Source of the DNA: a virus
Lineage: Duplodnaviria; Caudoviricetes
DNA: 43,633 nucleotides
Virus record (IMG/VR): IMGVR_UViG_3300010366_000006
Span: 1-43,633 of that record
Direction: 5' to 3' (one strand)
A model generated the notes under the pieces. That model saw only the letters and a program-made list of their open reading frames with translations, searched no databases and was not told the DNA's origin. Below, in pieces: positions 1-10,013 of the stretch (positions are counted from its first letter, which is position 1; each line of letters opens with the position of its first letter). Made by a program: the position numbers and the translations under genes.

Positions 1-123
1 CCAAGCAGCGGTGGCGCCCGGTGGCAATTTGCAGGACTACGCACGCCAGGCAGCCCAGAAGGCGGGCATCGACCCCGACATCTTCGTACGCCAGATCCAG
101 CAGGAATCCGGTTTCAACCCCAC
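1..123 (+). repeat. Terminal direct repeat copy 1 (circular assembly overlap)
   Basis: ccaagcagcg...gtttcaaccccac is identical to 43511-43633 and lies inside one continuous ORF. Confidence 0.97.
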
Positions 124-3100
124 AGCGAAGTCCGGCGCGGGCGCGATCGGCATTGCCCAGTTCATGCCCGGCACTGCCCAGGGCATGGGCATCGATCCGA
201 CCGATCCGTACGCCGCGCTGGAGGCTGCCGCCAGACTGGACGCGCAGCACCTGAAACAGTACGGCGGCGACTGGAGCAGAGCGCTCGCGGCGTACAACGC
301 CGGCCCGGGCAACGTCGACAAGTACGGTGGCGTGCCGCCCTTCGAGGAGACGCAGCGCTACGTCAATACGATCCTGGGCGGCGCGAAACAAGCGCCCGCG
401 CCGGTCTCGACGGCGATGTCGACGAGCCAGTTCGGCGATCGGCAGCTGTCTACCGACGAGGCGTACGCGGCCTGCGGTCCGGCTGCCGCGGTGCGCTTCG
501 CCCAGGCGTACGGACGGAACCCCACCCTGCGCGAAGCCGTCGACCTGGCAAAAACCGTGGGCTGGACGGCCGGCCAGGGCATGGCCGGCATCGGCTCCGA
601 GCAGCAGCTGCTGAACAAGCTCGGCGTGCCTACGCGCATGGTGAGCGGTATTGACATCCAGTCAATGGCACGCGAAGCGCAGACCGGCAACCCGGTCACC
701 ATCTCGACGCCCGGCCACTACTTCTACGCGGACGGCTTCAACCCGCAGACGGGTGCGTTCCACGTCGGCCAGAGCGGGCTCGACCTGAGGGCGGGCAAGG
801 AGTGGATGACGCCGTCCGAGATGCAGGGGCTGATGGGGTCGATCCAGGGCGCGCTGTTCGCCGACAACCCGCAGGCGCCGGCGGTCTCTACCGCCGCGCC
901 GCCGCTGCAGCAACTGGATCAGACGCGCCAGACGCTGAGCAGCGCGCTGTCGCCGAGCAAGCCGCCGGTGGCGCCCCTGCCGCAGCAGGCCATGACGCAG
1001 TTCGGCTCGAGCGCCGATCCGCAGGTCGCCCAGCTGGACCAGGCGGTCCAGTCCGCCACGCAGCCGAGCCAGCGGCCGGACTACCTGGGCGTCTTCGACA
1101 CTGCCCAGGAACAGGGCAGTCCGCTGGATCAGATCGGCAACGTCATCGGCGGCGCCGTGCAGCGTGCGCTCTCGAGCCTGCTCGGCGGTCCACCAGGCGG
1201 TCCGCCGCGTCCGCCGGACCGCCGCGACGAGGACCAGCAGGATCAACAGAGCCAGCAGGTGCAGCCGCTGGCGTTCGACCCGAACCTGGACCCGGTCGAG
1301 GCGTCGTCACTGTACGACCGCACGCGCGCCCTGCTGCAGCGTTTCAACCAGCTGCCCGGCGGGCTCACGCTGCGCGACCTGGGCGTGCAGGACATCGTGC
1401 CCCCTGATTTCCGTGGGTTGTCGCCGAGTCAGTCGGTCATGGCCGCGCTCGAGGCGGCCGGGCGTCAGGCGCTGCAGCGGCAGTCGCCGATGCTCGGTCC
1501 GGGCGGGCTGGGCATCTACGATCCGCGTCTCGGGGGCGACCCGCGCATGGATGTACCGTCGCTCAGCGACATTCCTTTAATAAGGGACGCGGGCGAGCTC
1601 GGGAGCGCGCTCGTCGATCGCGTCAGCGGCCGGTCCTCCGCGGTCGCCGACGTGCTCGACGCGGCGTATGCGGCGGCGCGCGGTGCTGAAGGCGTGACGA
1701 CAGGCGGCATGATGCGCCCGCCGCTCGGGGGTGGCGTCGAAGGACTGGCACGCAGCCGCGCCCAGCAGGTCTGGGACTGGTTCGTGCGCAACTATTCCGA
1801 CCGCAACGTCGATCTGAACCACATCGAACAGGAGTACGCCCAGCGGCTGGGCCGACCGCTGCGCGACGACGAGCGGCTCGGCCTGCTGGCGCGGCTCGAT
1901 CCGACGCACATGGCCGACTACTCGATCGACCAGGCGTTCGGGCAGGAGCTCCGCGACGTGCCCGATTCTGCCAAGCAGTCGCTCTACGATCTGGTCACCG
2001 CCCGCACGAACCAGTCGACGGCCGAAGGGCTCGGGACCATCGCCGAGCGCGACTACCTGGCGGGCGGCATCTCGCCGCGCACCGAGCAGGCGCTCGCGGA
2101 CGCGAACAAAGATCTCGAGCAGGCCCAGCTGAACCACGCCCGCGCCCTGGCCGAGCAGCGCATGGTGGAGGCCGGTGCGAAACGGACCCGCTCCTCGATC
2201 GGGCTCGACGCCGCGCAGGGCCGCGTCGACGACGCCCAGGTGCGCCTCGAAGCGGCCAGCGACGCGGCGCGCACGGCCCAGGCGCAGCACGCGTACGACG
2301 CGGTGCTCCAGCGCGGCGAGCTCACCACCCTCGAGCAGAACAAGCAGCTGGCGATCGCCGAGCACGACGCGCAGCGGCTGAACCTGCAGTACGAAAAGCT
2401 GTTCAGCCGCAATCCCGACGACCCGTACCTGCCGCGGCTGGCCACTCAGGTTGGCCGTGCCGAGAACCGCGCCAGCGCGCTGCGCACGGCCCAGGGCGAA
2501 GCAGCGGTGGCGCGCGAAGGCAGACTGACCGGCCAGGCTGAGCAGGCCGCCCAGCGCGCGGGCGGCTTCGAGTCGAGTGCCCCACCCCTTTCGAGTAGCC
2601 CCGAGCTGGCCGCCGCGCGGGTGCGCCTGCGCTACGAGCAGCAGACGCTGGATCGCTTGCAGACCGAGCAGGCACGCGGGCGGCAGGGGCTGATCGACGA
2701 CCTCGCACGCGCCTTCCAGCGCGTGAACCGCGCGCAGTCCAGGGTTGACGCAGCGACCGCCGCGCTGCCCGGCCAGGCGAAGGAATACGGCCAGAGCATC
2801 CGCGACGCGTGGCAGTCCGAGGGCAAGACGTACGCCCAGTGGCAGGACGTCGAAAAAAGCATCCTGGCCAAGCACCCCGCCGACTCCTCCACTGGCCAGA
2901 AACTCGAGGCGGCCTCGCAGGCGATCCAGAACTTCCGCAACCAGATGCTGGACGAGCGCGTGGCGCACGGGATGATGACGCCTGAGGACGCGCAGAGCCT
3001 GAAAGACACCTTCCCGTACCACACGCCGCGGCGGATGCTCGAGTACATGTCGGACGAGACCGCCGCCGGGGCGCCGCGCGGCAGCCGCTTCAGCGTGAAC

Positions 3101-5332
3101 GGCCAGGGCTGGCGCCACTACACGCGTACCGGCAGCGGCGAAGACCTGACCGTCCAGAACCCGATCGCGGCGATGATGACCGAGGCGCACCAGCACTACA
3201 CGCGGCTCGTGAAGAACGACTTCATCCAGGCGCTGGTGCAGGCCCAGAGCGGCGAGGGTGGGGGCCTGAAGCGGATCGCCAACACGGTGAAGGAATACGT
3301 CGATTCGGGCGGTGCCGAGGCGGACGTGCTGCATCCGCCGAACTACCACCCGCGCGGCGACGAGCGAAAGATCATCGGGATGATCAATGGCCGCAAGCAG
3401 GAGTACGTGACTGGCAACCCGCTGCTCAAGACGGCCATCGACACGCTCACGCCCGGCGACCCGAGCATGCTGATGAAGCTGCTGTCGATGCCAGCGGGCT
3501 TCGCGCGCGAAGTGCTGACCCAGCGCAACCCGGTGTGGCTGGCGCGCAACATCATGCGCGACGCGCGCGACTTCGGCTTGCGCTCGAGCGTGGCGCCGAC
3601 CGAGACGTGGCGACGCTACCCGTCGATGGCGATCAATCTGGGCCCAGCTGGCATCGTGGCGGCCACCACGCCCAACGACGATCCCGAGAAGCCCAGGAAG
3701 ATCGCCGCCGCGCTGGGGCTGGGTATGGGCTCGCGCGTGCTGCTGGGCAGCCACCTGGGGCTGGGGCCGAGTGCGACGCGGGCGTTCCTGACCCACTACG
3801 CGAACGTGCTCGAGGGGCTTGGCAGTACGCGCATGACCGGCCAGGACGTCGCCGACCTGATGCTGCGCGGTGGCGGTATGCGCGGCGGCGGCTACTTCGG
3901 CGGCACGGCTGCTGAAGGGCAGGCGGCCCTGCACGCGCTCGAGAAGCGCAACGTGTTCCACATCCGCACCGCCGGCGACCTGGGCAGTCTGCTGAACGAC
4001 GTGGCGCTCTTCGGCTGGGTCAAAGCCCTCGGCGAACGCTTCGAGCAGGCGCCGCGCATCTCCGCCATGCGTCTCGCCGAGCAGCGCGGCGAATCCCCGC
4101 TCGCGGCGGTCATGCGCGCCCGAGATGCCAGCGTCGACTTCGACCGCGGCGGCAACTTCAGCCGCCAGGTGAACCGCATCGTGCCGTTCTTCAACGCCAC
4201 GGCCCAGGGCGGCGCGCAGCTCGGGCGCATGCTGCGCGCCGACCCTGTCGGCACCGTGGCGTCGCTGTTCATGACCCTCGGCGCGCCCTCGGCGGCTGCC
4301 GAGGCGTGGAATACCGCCGATCCGCAGAGCGCCCAGGACTGGGCCGACGTGCCGGATTACCAGAAGAACAACAACTACATGCTGCGCGTTCCGGGCGAGG
4401 CGCCGCGTGACGCCAACGGCAACCGCCAGCCGCAGTACCTGAGCTTTCCGCTGAACGAGTTCGCGCCGTTTTCCGTCGCCGGCCGCGAGGCGTACCGCAA
4501 GCTGGTGGGGCTCCCACCGTCGACCAGCCTGGCGAGCGTGCTCGGCAGCGAGGCGCAGGCGGTGTCGCCGATCGGCGGCCGCAGCCCGTCCGAGACGGTC
4601 CTCGGCAACGTCCCCGCGCCGGCCGGCACGCTCGCCCAGCTGAGCCTGAACCAGGATCTGTTCCGCGGCAGCACCATCGCCAACCAGTACAGCGACGCGA
4701 ATGCCTCGAATCTGAGCAAGGCGCTGGCGCCGATGATCGAGCAGGTCGCCACGCGCATCCCCGGCTGGGAGACCGCGCACGTCCATCCCTCACAGGTGGA
4801 CTTCGCCATTCAGGACATCCTGGGCGGGCTGGGCCAGCAGGGGCTGCGCGCCGCCGACGTGCTGAGCGGCCGAGCACAGCGGACGGACGTGCCGACAGCG
4901 GCAGACGTGCCCGTGGCCGGCTCGGTGCTGAGCGGTCTGATCCGCGGCAGCGGCGGACAGACGTGGCAGAACGTGAGCGACCCGGCGCAGATGATGGAGC
5001 AGGACGTCCGCGAGCGCTACCGCGCCATGGGCGGCGCGGGCGCGTACTACGAGCCGAGCCCGGTGAACGATTCGATCACCGTCGGCAAGGCGAAGATTCC
5101 GCTCCAGCGCGCCGAGCAGGCGGAGCTCCAGCGGCTGACGAACCAGTACTTCAACCAGTTCATGCGTGACGCGCTCGACGCCAGCGGCGACGATCCCCAG
5201 GTGCGCGACTATCTGCGCGCGAAGATGATGGACACCGCGCGCATGGTCGCCGAGCGCGAGCTGCTGGCGAAGATTGACGCGAAGGGCTCGGATCTCGGCG
5301 CCAGGATCGATCAGAAGAGCAGCGCATACTGA
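11..5332 (+). CDS. Giant internal virion/ejection protein, C-terminal part (true start 42975, about 1955 aa across the junction): lytic transglycosylase (SLT) + C39-like peptidase + helical region + LPD38-like C-terminus
   Basis: SLT motifs QQESGFNP, GAIGIAQFMPGTA, ALAAYNAGPG, ETQRYV; papain-like ACGPAAA...GHYFYADG; VDFDRGG...IVPFFNATAQG resembles large polyvalent protein C-termini; in frame with ATG 42975. Confidence 0.85.
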   Translation: MAPGGNLQDYARQAAQKAGIDPDIFVRQIQQESGFNPTAKSGAGAIGIAQFMPGTAQGMGIDPTDPYAALEAAARLDAQHLKQYGGDWSRALAAYNAGPGNVDKYGGVPPFEETQRYVNTILGGAKQAPAPVSTAMSTSQFGDRQLSTDEAYAACGPAAAVRFAQAYGRNPTLREAVDLAKTVGWTAGQGMAGIGSEQQLLNKLGVPTRMVSGIDIQSMAREAQTGNPVTISTPGHYFYADGFNPQTGAFHVGQSGLDLRAGKEWMTPSEMQGLMGSIQGALFADNPQAPAVSTAAPPLQQLDQTRQTLSSALSPSKPPVAPLPQQAMTQFGSSADPQVAQLDQAVQSATQPSQRPDYLGVFDTAQEQGSPLDQIGNVIGGAVQRALSSLLGGPPGGPPRPPDRRDEDQQDQQSQQVQPLAFDPNLDPVEASSLYDRTRALLQRFNQLPGGLTLRDLGVQDIVPPDFRGLSPSQSVMAALEAAGRQALQRQSPMLGPGGLGIYDPRLGGDPRMDVPSLSDIPLIRDAGELGSALVDRVSGRSSAVADVLDAAYAAARGAEGVTTGGMMRPPLGGGVEGLARSRAQQVWDWFVRNYSDRNVDLNHIEQEYAQRLGRPLRDDERLGLLARLDPTHMADYSIDQAFGQELRDVPDSAKQSLYDLVTARTNQSTAEGLGTIAERDYLAGGISPRTEQALADANKDLEQAQLNHARALAEQRMVEAGAKRTRSSIGLDAAQGRVDDAQVRLEAASDAARTAQAQHAYDAVLQRGELTTLEQNKQLAIAEHDAQRLNLQYEKLFSRNPDDPYLPRLATQVGRAENRASALRTAQGEAAVAREGRLTGQAEQAAQRAGGFESSAPPLSSSPELAAARVRLRYEQQTLDRLQTEQARGRQGLIDDLARAFQRVNRAQSRVDAATAALPGQAKEYGQSIRDAWQSEGKTYAQWQDVEKSILAKHPADSSTGQKLEAASQAIQNFRNQMLDERVAHGMMTPEDAQSLKDTFPYHTPRRMLEYMSDETAAGAPRGSRFSVNGQGWRHYTRTGSGEDLTVQNPIAAMMTEAHQHYTRLVKNDFIQALVQAQSGEGGGLKRIANTVKEYVDSGGAEADVLHPPNYHPRGDERKIIGMINGRKQEYVTGNPLLKTAIDTLTPGDPSMLMKLLSMPAGFAREVLTQRNPVWLARNIMRDARDFGLRSSVAPTETWRRYPSMAINLGPAGIVAATTPNDDPEKPRKIAAALGLGMGSRVLLGSHLGLGPSATRAFLTHYANVLEGLGSTRMTGQDVADLMLRGGGMRGGGYFGGTAAEGQAALHALEKRNVFHIRTAGDLGSLLNDVALFGWVKALGERFEQAPRISAMRLAEQRGESPLAAVMRARDASVDFDRGGNFSRQVNRIVPFFNATAQGGAQLGRMLRADPVGTVASLFMTLGAPSAAAEAWNTADPQSAQDWADVPDYQKNNNYMLRVPGEAPRDANGNRQPQYLSFPLNEFAPFSVAGREAYRKLVGLPPSTSLASVLGSEAQAVSPIGGRSPSETVLGNVPAPAGTLAQLSLNQDLFRGSTIANQYSDANASNLSKALAPMIEQVATRIPGWETAHVHPSQVDFAIQDILGGLGQQGLRAADVLSGRAQRTDVPTAADVPVAGSVLSGLIRGSGGQTWQNVSDPAQMMEQDVRERYRAMGGAGAYYEPSPVNDSITVGKAKIPLQRAEQAELQRLTNQYFNQFMRDALDASGDDPQVRDYLRAKMMDTARMVAERELLAKIDAKGSDLGARIDQKSSAY

Positions 5333-5342
5333 GGAGCAAGCT

Positions 5343-7808
5343 ATGGTCGACGTTCCGATCACCAATCCGGCCACCATTACCAGCCCGCGCGGAACGCCCA
5401 CGCGCCAGGGCCCGCAACCGGTCAATCCATACGGCACGCCGGGCTCGGACCTGTACGACTGGTACTCGGTCAACGACGCGCTGCGCCAGGCCGGGCTCGA
5501 GGGCTGGCAGATCGCGGGCGCGAACCACTCGCCGGTCAACACCGGCTCGTGGCAGGAGAACCCCAACTGGAGCAAGACTGGCATTCCGTCGGTCGACAGC
5601 AAAGCGAACGCCGGCCAGCAGCAGTACGTCTGGCGCCCCTCGACGACCTCGGTCATCGGCGTCATCAACCCGCAGAACGGGCAGATGCTCAAGCTCACGC
5701 TCGGCGGCGGCCCGCCCGACCCGGACAAGCGCGGCGCCTCGCCGTACACGTGGACAGTGCTCGGCCGCGACGACCAGGGCAAGCTCAACGCGGCCCAGGC
5801 CGGCTACAGCGGCGTGCAGCGGCTGCCGTTCTCCGACGGCCACGAAGAGCTGTGGGGCACCAACGCCCAGACCGGCGCGTTCGAGAAGATGGCCGGGCAG
5901 CCCGGCAATCTCGGCAATACGAAGGGCTGGAACGACGTCCGCCAGATCGAGCAGAACGGCCAGCTGGTGTGGGTCGGTACCAACCCGCAGGGGCAGCCGC
6001 TGCAGCCGATCCCGGGCGCGCCGACGGTCAACGCCAGCAAGTACGTGCCCGGCAGCGTCAAGCAGGTCCAGGTCGGCAACACCATGGTGTACCGCGGCCA
6101 GAACCCGCAGACCGGCGACTGGGAAGACATCCCGACGCTGGGTACGGAGCCGGTCAAGCAGCAGGTCACCACCCTCGGCAAGAACGTCTACGTCACCGAC
6201 CCGAACGGCCAGCTGGTGCTGGCCAAGAACGTCGCGCAGCCGACCGAGGGCAGCGAGCAGTGGGTGGACGCAGCCGGCGGCTGGGCCAAGCACCAGACGT
6301 TTTCGCAGGGCGACTGGCGCGACGACCCCGACACCCAGTGGAAAGCCGTCAATCCGGACCTGCAGCGGCAGCAGGCGGCGCTGAAGCAGAAGGGCGAAAA
6401 GTACTTCATCCCGCTGCCCGGCAGTCCCGACAAGCTGGTCGAGGTCACCGCCGACGGCAACGGCGGCTATACGTACGAGTTCGGCCCGAACGGCGAGCCG
6501 CCGAACGTCAAGCAGATTCCGGGCGTCCGCGAGCCGACCGAGGTCACCGGCGCGGGCACCGGCGAGTTCCTGCCGCAGCGGCGGGATGCGCAGGGCAATC
6601 TGCTGCCGCCCGAGAAGAACGTCAACTGGCAGCCCGGCAACGTCGGCGACCGCGTCCGCCAGCTGCAGGACCTGGCCACCAACAAGCAACAGCAGCTGTT
6701 TGGCCAGGTGAAGTCGGGCGCGCTGAGCGAGGACGACGCGCACGCCCAGTTTCAGGACTGGTGGAACACCAACGTCGCCCCGGCGAAGCAGGAGATCCAG
6801 CTGGCGCAGCAGTGGAAGGCGGAAGACCAGGCGCGCCAGAACCTGCAGGTGGCGCAGGCCGGCGCCGGCGAGGTCGTGCGCGCCGTTGCCGGCGAGCACC
6901 GTGTCGGGCCCGGCTACGGCGAAGCGCTGGCGAATCTGGGGCAGTCCTTCGCGACGGGCAAGTTCCCGCAGGCGCTGTCGGCGCAACAGTTCAACAACGC
7001 CTTCGTCACGCCGATGCCGGACTACACCCAGATCTACCAGAACGCGACGGCTGAGGCGCTCAAGCACATCAGCCCGACGGCGGCCCAGATCGCCACCGGC
7101 CAGCCGACGCCGACGGCCCTGCAGCCGGGCGGCGGCTTGCAGAACGTCGACATCACGGCGGGCCTGAACCCCACCAACTATCAGTACGGCGGCGGGATGA
7201 CGCCGCCGGGCGGGCGGAACCTCAACATCAACGGGCAGTCCGTCCCTGTCGAGTACATGCCGTACACGGGTGGGGCTGGTGCGCCGCAACCGATGCCGCA
7301 AACGGGTGCTCCGGCGAACCCTATCAATATGTCTCAGATTTCTGGATTCATGCCAGCGGGAGCGCCGTCGCAACCGACTCCGCCTCCAGTCACTGCCAGC
7401 ACCGCACCGCCTGCACCGGCTGTTCCGTTCTTGCCGCCGCCGACGCCCACGCCAACATTCGTGCCGCCCGCGTGGAACGCCTGGTCGCCAGGCGCCTATC
7501 AGCCCCAGCCGTACCAACTGCCCGCAATGGCACGGGGCGGCATTGTCACTCAGCCAACAGTAGTACTGGTTGGCGAAGCTGGACCTGAAGCGGTGGTGCC
7601 ACTTGACAACATTCTGGGCGCGGATCAGGAAGCCCAGATCTTGCCGCCAGAGTACGCACGCGGCGCATATGGGTGGAGTGACATCCCGGGTCAGGAGCAG
7701 TCTACGTTCGGCTGGCGTGAGCCTGGACGTCCGCTCCAGATGCCGCCAGATTACTTGCAGAACGTCGGATACAGGTATCGAGCTTCGCCTTACCGTTTAC
7801 CTGTCTAA
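5343..7808 (+). CDS. Putative internal virion/ejection protein (821 aa, Gln/Gly/Pro-rich)
   Basis: GAGGAG SD then ATG 5343; position next to the giant virion protein; C-terminal MARGGIV...GEAGPEAVVPL motif. Confidence 0.6.
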   Translation: MVDVPITNPATITSPRGTPTRQGPQPVNPYGTPGSDLYDWYSVNDALRQAGLEGWQIAGANHSPVNTGSWQENPNWSKTGIPSVDSKANAGQQQYVWRPSTTSVIGVINPQNGQMLKLTLGGGPPDPDKRGASPYTWTVLGRDDQGKLNAAQAGYSGVQRLPFSDGHEELWGTNAQTGAFEKMAGQPGNLGNTKGWNDVRQIEQNGQLVWVGTNPQGQPLQPIPGAPTVNASKYVPGSVKQVQVGNTMVYRGQNPQTGDWEDIPTLGTEPVKQQVTTLGKNVYVTDPNGQLVLAKNVAQPTEGSEQWVDAAGGWAKHQTFSQGDWRDDPDTQWKAVNPDLQRQQAALKQKGEKYFIPLPGSPDKLVEVTADGNGGYTYEFGPNGEPPNVKQIPGVREPTEVTGAGTGEFLPQRRDAQGNLLPPEKNVNWQPGNVGDRVRQLQDLATNKQQQLFGQVKSGALSEDDAHAQFQDWWNTNVAPAKQEIQLAQQWKAEDQARQNLQVAQAGAGEVVRAVAGEHRVGPGYGEALANLGQSFATGKFPQALSAQQFNNAFVTPMPDYTQIYQNATAEALKHISPTAAQIATGQPTPTALQPGGGLQNVDITAGLNPTNYQYGGGMTPPGGRNLNINGQSVPVEYMPYTGGAGAPQPMPQTGAPANPINMSQISGFMPAGAPSQPTPPPVTASTAPPAPAVPFLPPPTPTPTFVPPAWNAWSPGAYQPQPYQLPAMARGGIVTQPTVVLVGEAGPEAVVPLDNILGADQEAQILPPEYARGAYGWSDIPGQEQSTFGWREPGRPLQMPPDYLQNVGYRYRASPYRLPV

Positions 7809-7817
7809 GGATCTAGA

Positions 7818-8555
7818 ATGCAGCCCGAACAACCAGCAGCTCTTTCGCCAGCGCAGGCACCCGAGGATGGCGCGAATGCACCAGCGGTTTCTGAGCAGAG
7901 CGAAACTCCTTCGCGCACGACTTCGTGGCTGCGCCGCCTGTGGCGCGGCCGGGGAGCCGAAGAGGAGGAGAACGACTCGAGCCAGGAGCCGTCACCTGCA
8001 GTCCCGGCGTCCGCGATTTCCCTGACGCAGGAAGAGTTCGAAAAGCGCATCCAGGCAGAGACGGATCGTCGCGAAAACAAACGCCGCGAGCTCGCTCAAC
8101 TCGAGCATCGGCGCAAACTGCGCGATGAGGATCCGTACGCGTACGCCGAACAGGACCGCCAGTTCGAGCAGCGCGCACTCTCCGACGCGCAGGTCTCGAC
8201 CATGTTCAGCCAGATCGGGGCGGTCCACGACCGCTACTCGGTGGATCCCCTGGTGCAGTCGCTGCCGGAGGCCGAGCGCCAGCGCATCCTCAGCATCGAG
8301 GGCGCCGGCAGCGGTCTCGACGGACGCAAGCTGATTGTCGAAGAGAGCCTCAAGGCGCTCGAGAAGATCTGGCGCGCGGAAGGCGCCAAAGACGCCGAAG
8401 ATCGGCTGCGCAAGAACCCTGCCTTCCGCAAGCAGCTCCTCGGCGAAGTCCGCAAGGGGATGAGCGAGCCCGAGTTCGTCAGTAGCGGCGCTCCCTCCGC
8501 GGCGGACAAGAACGTTTCAGACATTCTCAGATCACAGCTTCGGGCGCGTCAGTAG
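7818..8555 (+). CDS. Capsid scaffolding protein (putative)
   Basis: 245 aa, charged and helical, TQEEFEKRIQ motif, immediately upstream of the major capsid gene. Confidence 0.65.
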   Translation: MQPEQPAALSPAQAPEDGANAPAVSEQSETPSRTTSWLRRLWRGRGAEEEENDSSQEPSPAVPASAISLTQEEFEKRIQAETDRRENKRRELAQLEHRRKLRDEDPYAYAEQDRQFEQRALSDAQVSTMFSQIGAVHDRYSVDPLVQSLPEAERQRILSIEGAGSGLDGRKLIVEESLKALEKIWRAEGAKDAEDRLRKNPAFRKQLLGEVRKGMSEPEFVSSGAPSAADKNVSDILRSQLRARQ

Positions 8556-8580
8556 GGCGCGTCCGTGAGGACAGCCATCG

Positions 8581-9588
8581 ATGCCGTACAACTCCGTCGT
8601 CGGCCGCACCGCACCCGGTGCGTCCCCGCTTATTCCCGAGGACGTCCAGAAAGACATCGTCCAGTCGGTTGAAGAGAAGTCAGCCGCCATGCGGCTCATG
8701 CCGCATGTAACGATGAAGCGCGCGCAGCAGCGCATCCCGGTGCTGACTCAGCTGCCGATCGCGTACTGGCTCACCGGCGCCAGCCTGGACGCGCGCGATC
8801 GCGGCATCAAGCAAACCACCAACCTGGCCTGGGACAACGTCTATCTCAACGCTGAAGAGATGGCCGTGATCGTGCCGATCGCGCAGTCCCTGCTCGACGA
8901 CCTGGATTACGACTTCTGGAGTCAGGTCAAGCCCAAGATCACCGAGGCGTTCGGCGTGGCGCTGGACGACGCGATCTTCTTCGGCACCAACGCCCCGTCG
9001 ACCTTCCCGACCTCGATCGTCTCTGCGGCCAACTCGGCAGGCAACCTGCTCGTGGTCGGCGCCACCGCTGGCCAGGACTACATCGGCGACGTCAACGCGG
9101 GCATGGGCCTGGTCGAGGCGGACGGCTACGACGTGAGCGGCTTCTGGGCCCGCAAGCAGGCCAAGGCCAAGCTGCGGGGCATGCGGACCACCACGGGCGC
9201 GCTGATCCTGGTCGGCGACGACGCCGGGCCGCAGGCCGCAGTCAACACCGGCAGCCTGTTCGGTGAGCCGATCGTCTTCTCGAACGCGGGCATGACGTCC
9301 TTCGCCACGGGTGCCGCGAACTATTCCATGATCGGCGGCGAATGGGACCAGTCGATGCTCGCCATCCGCGAAGACATCAGCATGCAGATGTTCGACACGG
9401 GTGTGATCACCGACGGCTCCGGCGTCATCCAGTTCAACCTGATGCAGCAGGACATGGTGGCGCTCCGCGTCATCGCCCGCTTCGCGTGGGCGGTGCCGAA
9501 CCCGGTCAATCGCCAGCAACCGACGACTGCCAGCCGCTATCCATTTTTCGTCCTGCAGCAGAAGGCCAGCACGGGCGGTGAGGGCTGA
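8581..9588 (+). CDS. Major capsid protein (HK97 fold)
   Basis: LIPEDVQKDIVQ, AVIVPIAQSLLDD, LDDAIFFG, NLMQQDMVALRVIARF motifs typical of the Phage_capsid family; GAGGA SD. Confidence 0.92.
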   Translation: MPYNSVVGRTAPGASPLIPEDVQKDIVQSVEEKSAAMRLMPHVTMKRAQQRIPVLTQLPIAYWLTGASLDARDRGIKQTTNLAWDNVYLNAEEMAVIVPIAQSLLDDLDYDFWSQVKPKITEAFGVALDDAIFFGTNAPSTFPTSIVSAANSAGNLLVVGATAGQDYIGDVNAGMGLVEADGYDVSGFWARKQAKAKLRGMRTTTGALILVGDDAGPQAAVNTGSLFGEPIVFSNAGMTSFATGAANYSMIGGEWDQSMLAIREDISMQMFDTGVITDGSGVIQFNLMQQDMVALRVIARFAWAVPNPVNRQQPTTASRYPFFVLQQKASTGGEG

Positions 9589-9591
9589 GTC

Positions 9592-10005
9592 GTGTCGGAT
9601 GTGGTGTTCCTGGCCGATGCGCAGGACAGCGTCACGGCCACGACGTACTACGGCAAGGACCACCAGGCCACCCTGACAGATGAGGTGTTCGTCAGGGCGC
9701 TGATCGCGCAGGGCAAGGCTGCTCTGCGCGGCACGGCGATCCGCCGCCAGCGGGTGACGCCGATCGCGGCCACCACGGCAACGGTCAACTGGACCGTTGA
9801 CCAGTCGTGTACCGCGATGTCGGTCGACTTCGGGACGACGACGGCGTACGGCACCAATCAGGCCGCGACGCCTGCCGCAGGCGTTGGCGACATCGTGGCG
9901 AACCTGACCGGGCTCACCACCGCCACGCTGTACCACTACCGCATCAATGTCACGTGCAATGGCGCGGTCACGCGCACTGCCGACGCGACGTTCACCACCA
10001 GCTAG
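9592..10005 (+). CDS. Capsid decoration-like protein with fibronectin type III domain
   Basis: ATVNWT...VDFGTTTAYG...LTGLTTATLYHYRI...TFTT FN3 signature; directly after the capsid gene. Confidence 0.7.
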   Translation: MSDVVFLADAQDSVTATTYYGKDHQATLTDEVFVRALIAQGKAALRGTAIRRQRVTPIAATTATVNWTVDQSCTAMSVDFGTTTAYGTNQAATPAAGVGDIVANLTGLTTATLYHYRINVTCNGAVTRTADATFTTS

Positions 10006-10013
10006 GAGCAGGT

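Noticed and set aside
1-123. 123-bp terminal repeat as a biological direct terminal repeat
   Set aside because: It falls inside a continuous ORF and far from the terminase region; most simply an assembler overlap of a circular or permuted genome
1577-7517. Very long minus-strand ORFs (1577..4786, 5160..7517; likewise 8680..10056, 28055..29254, 40653..42419 and plus-strand 34622..36079)
   Set aside because: Antisense shadows of real high-GC genes; no motifs, Arg/Ala/Gly-biased composition
5343-7808. Classical siphoviral tape measure protein
   Set aside because: Only a short C-terminal motif matches; no major tail protein or tail assembly chaperone pair; the gene precedes the capsid gene
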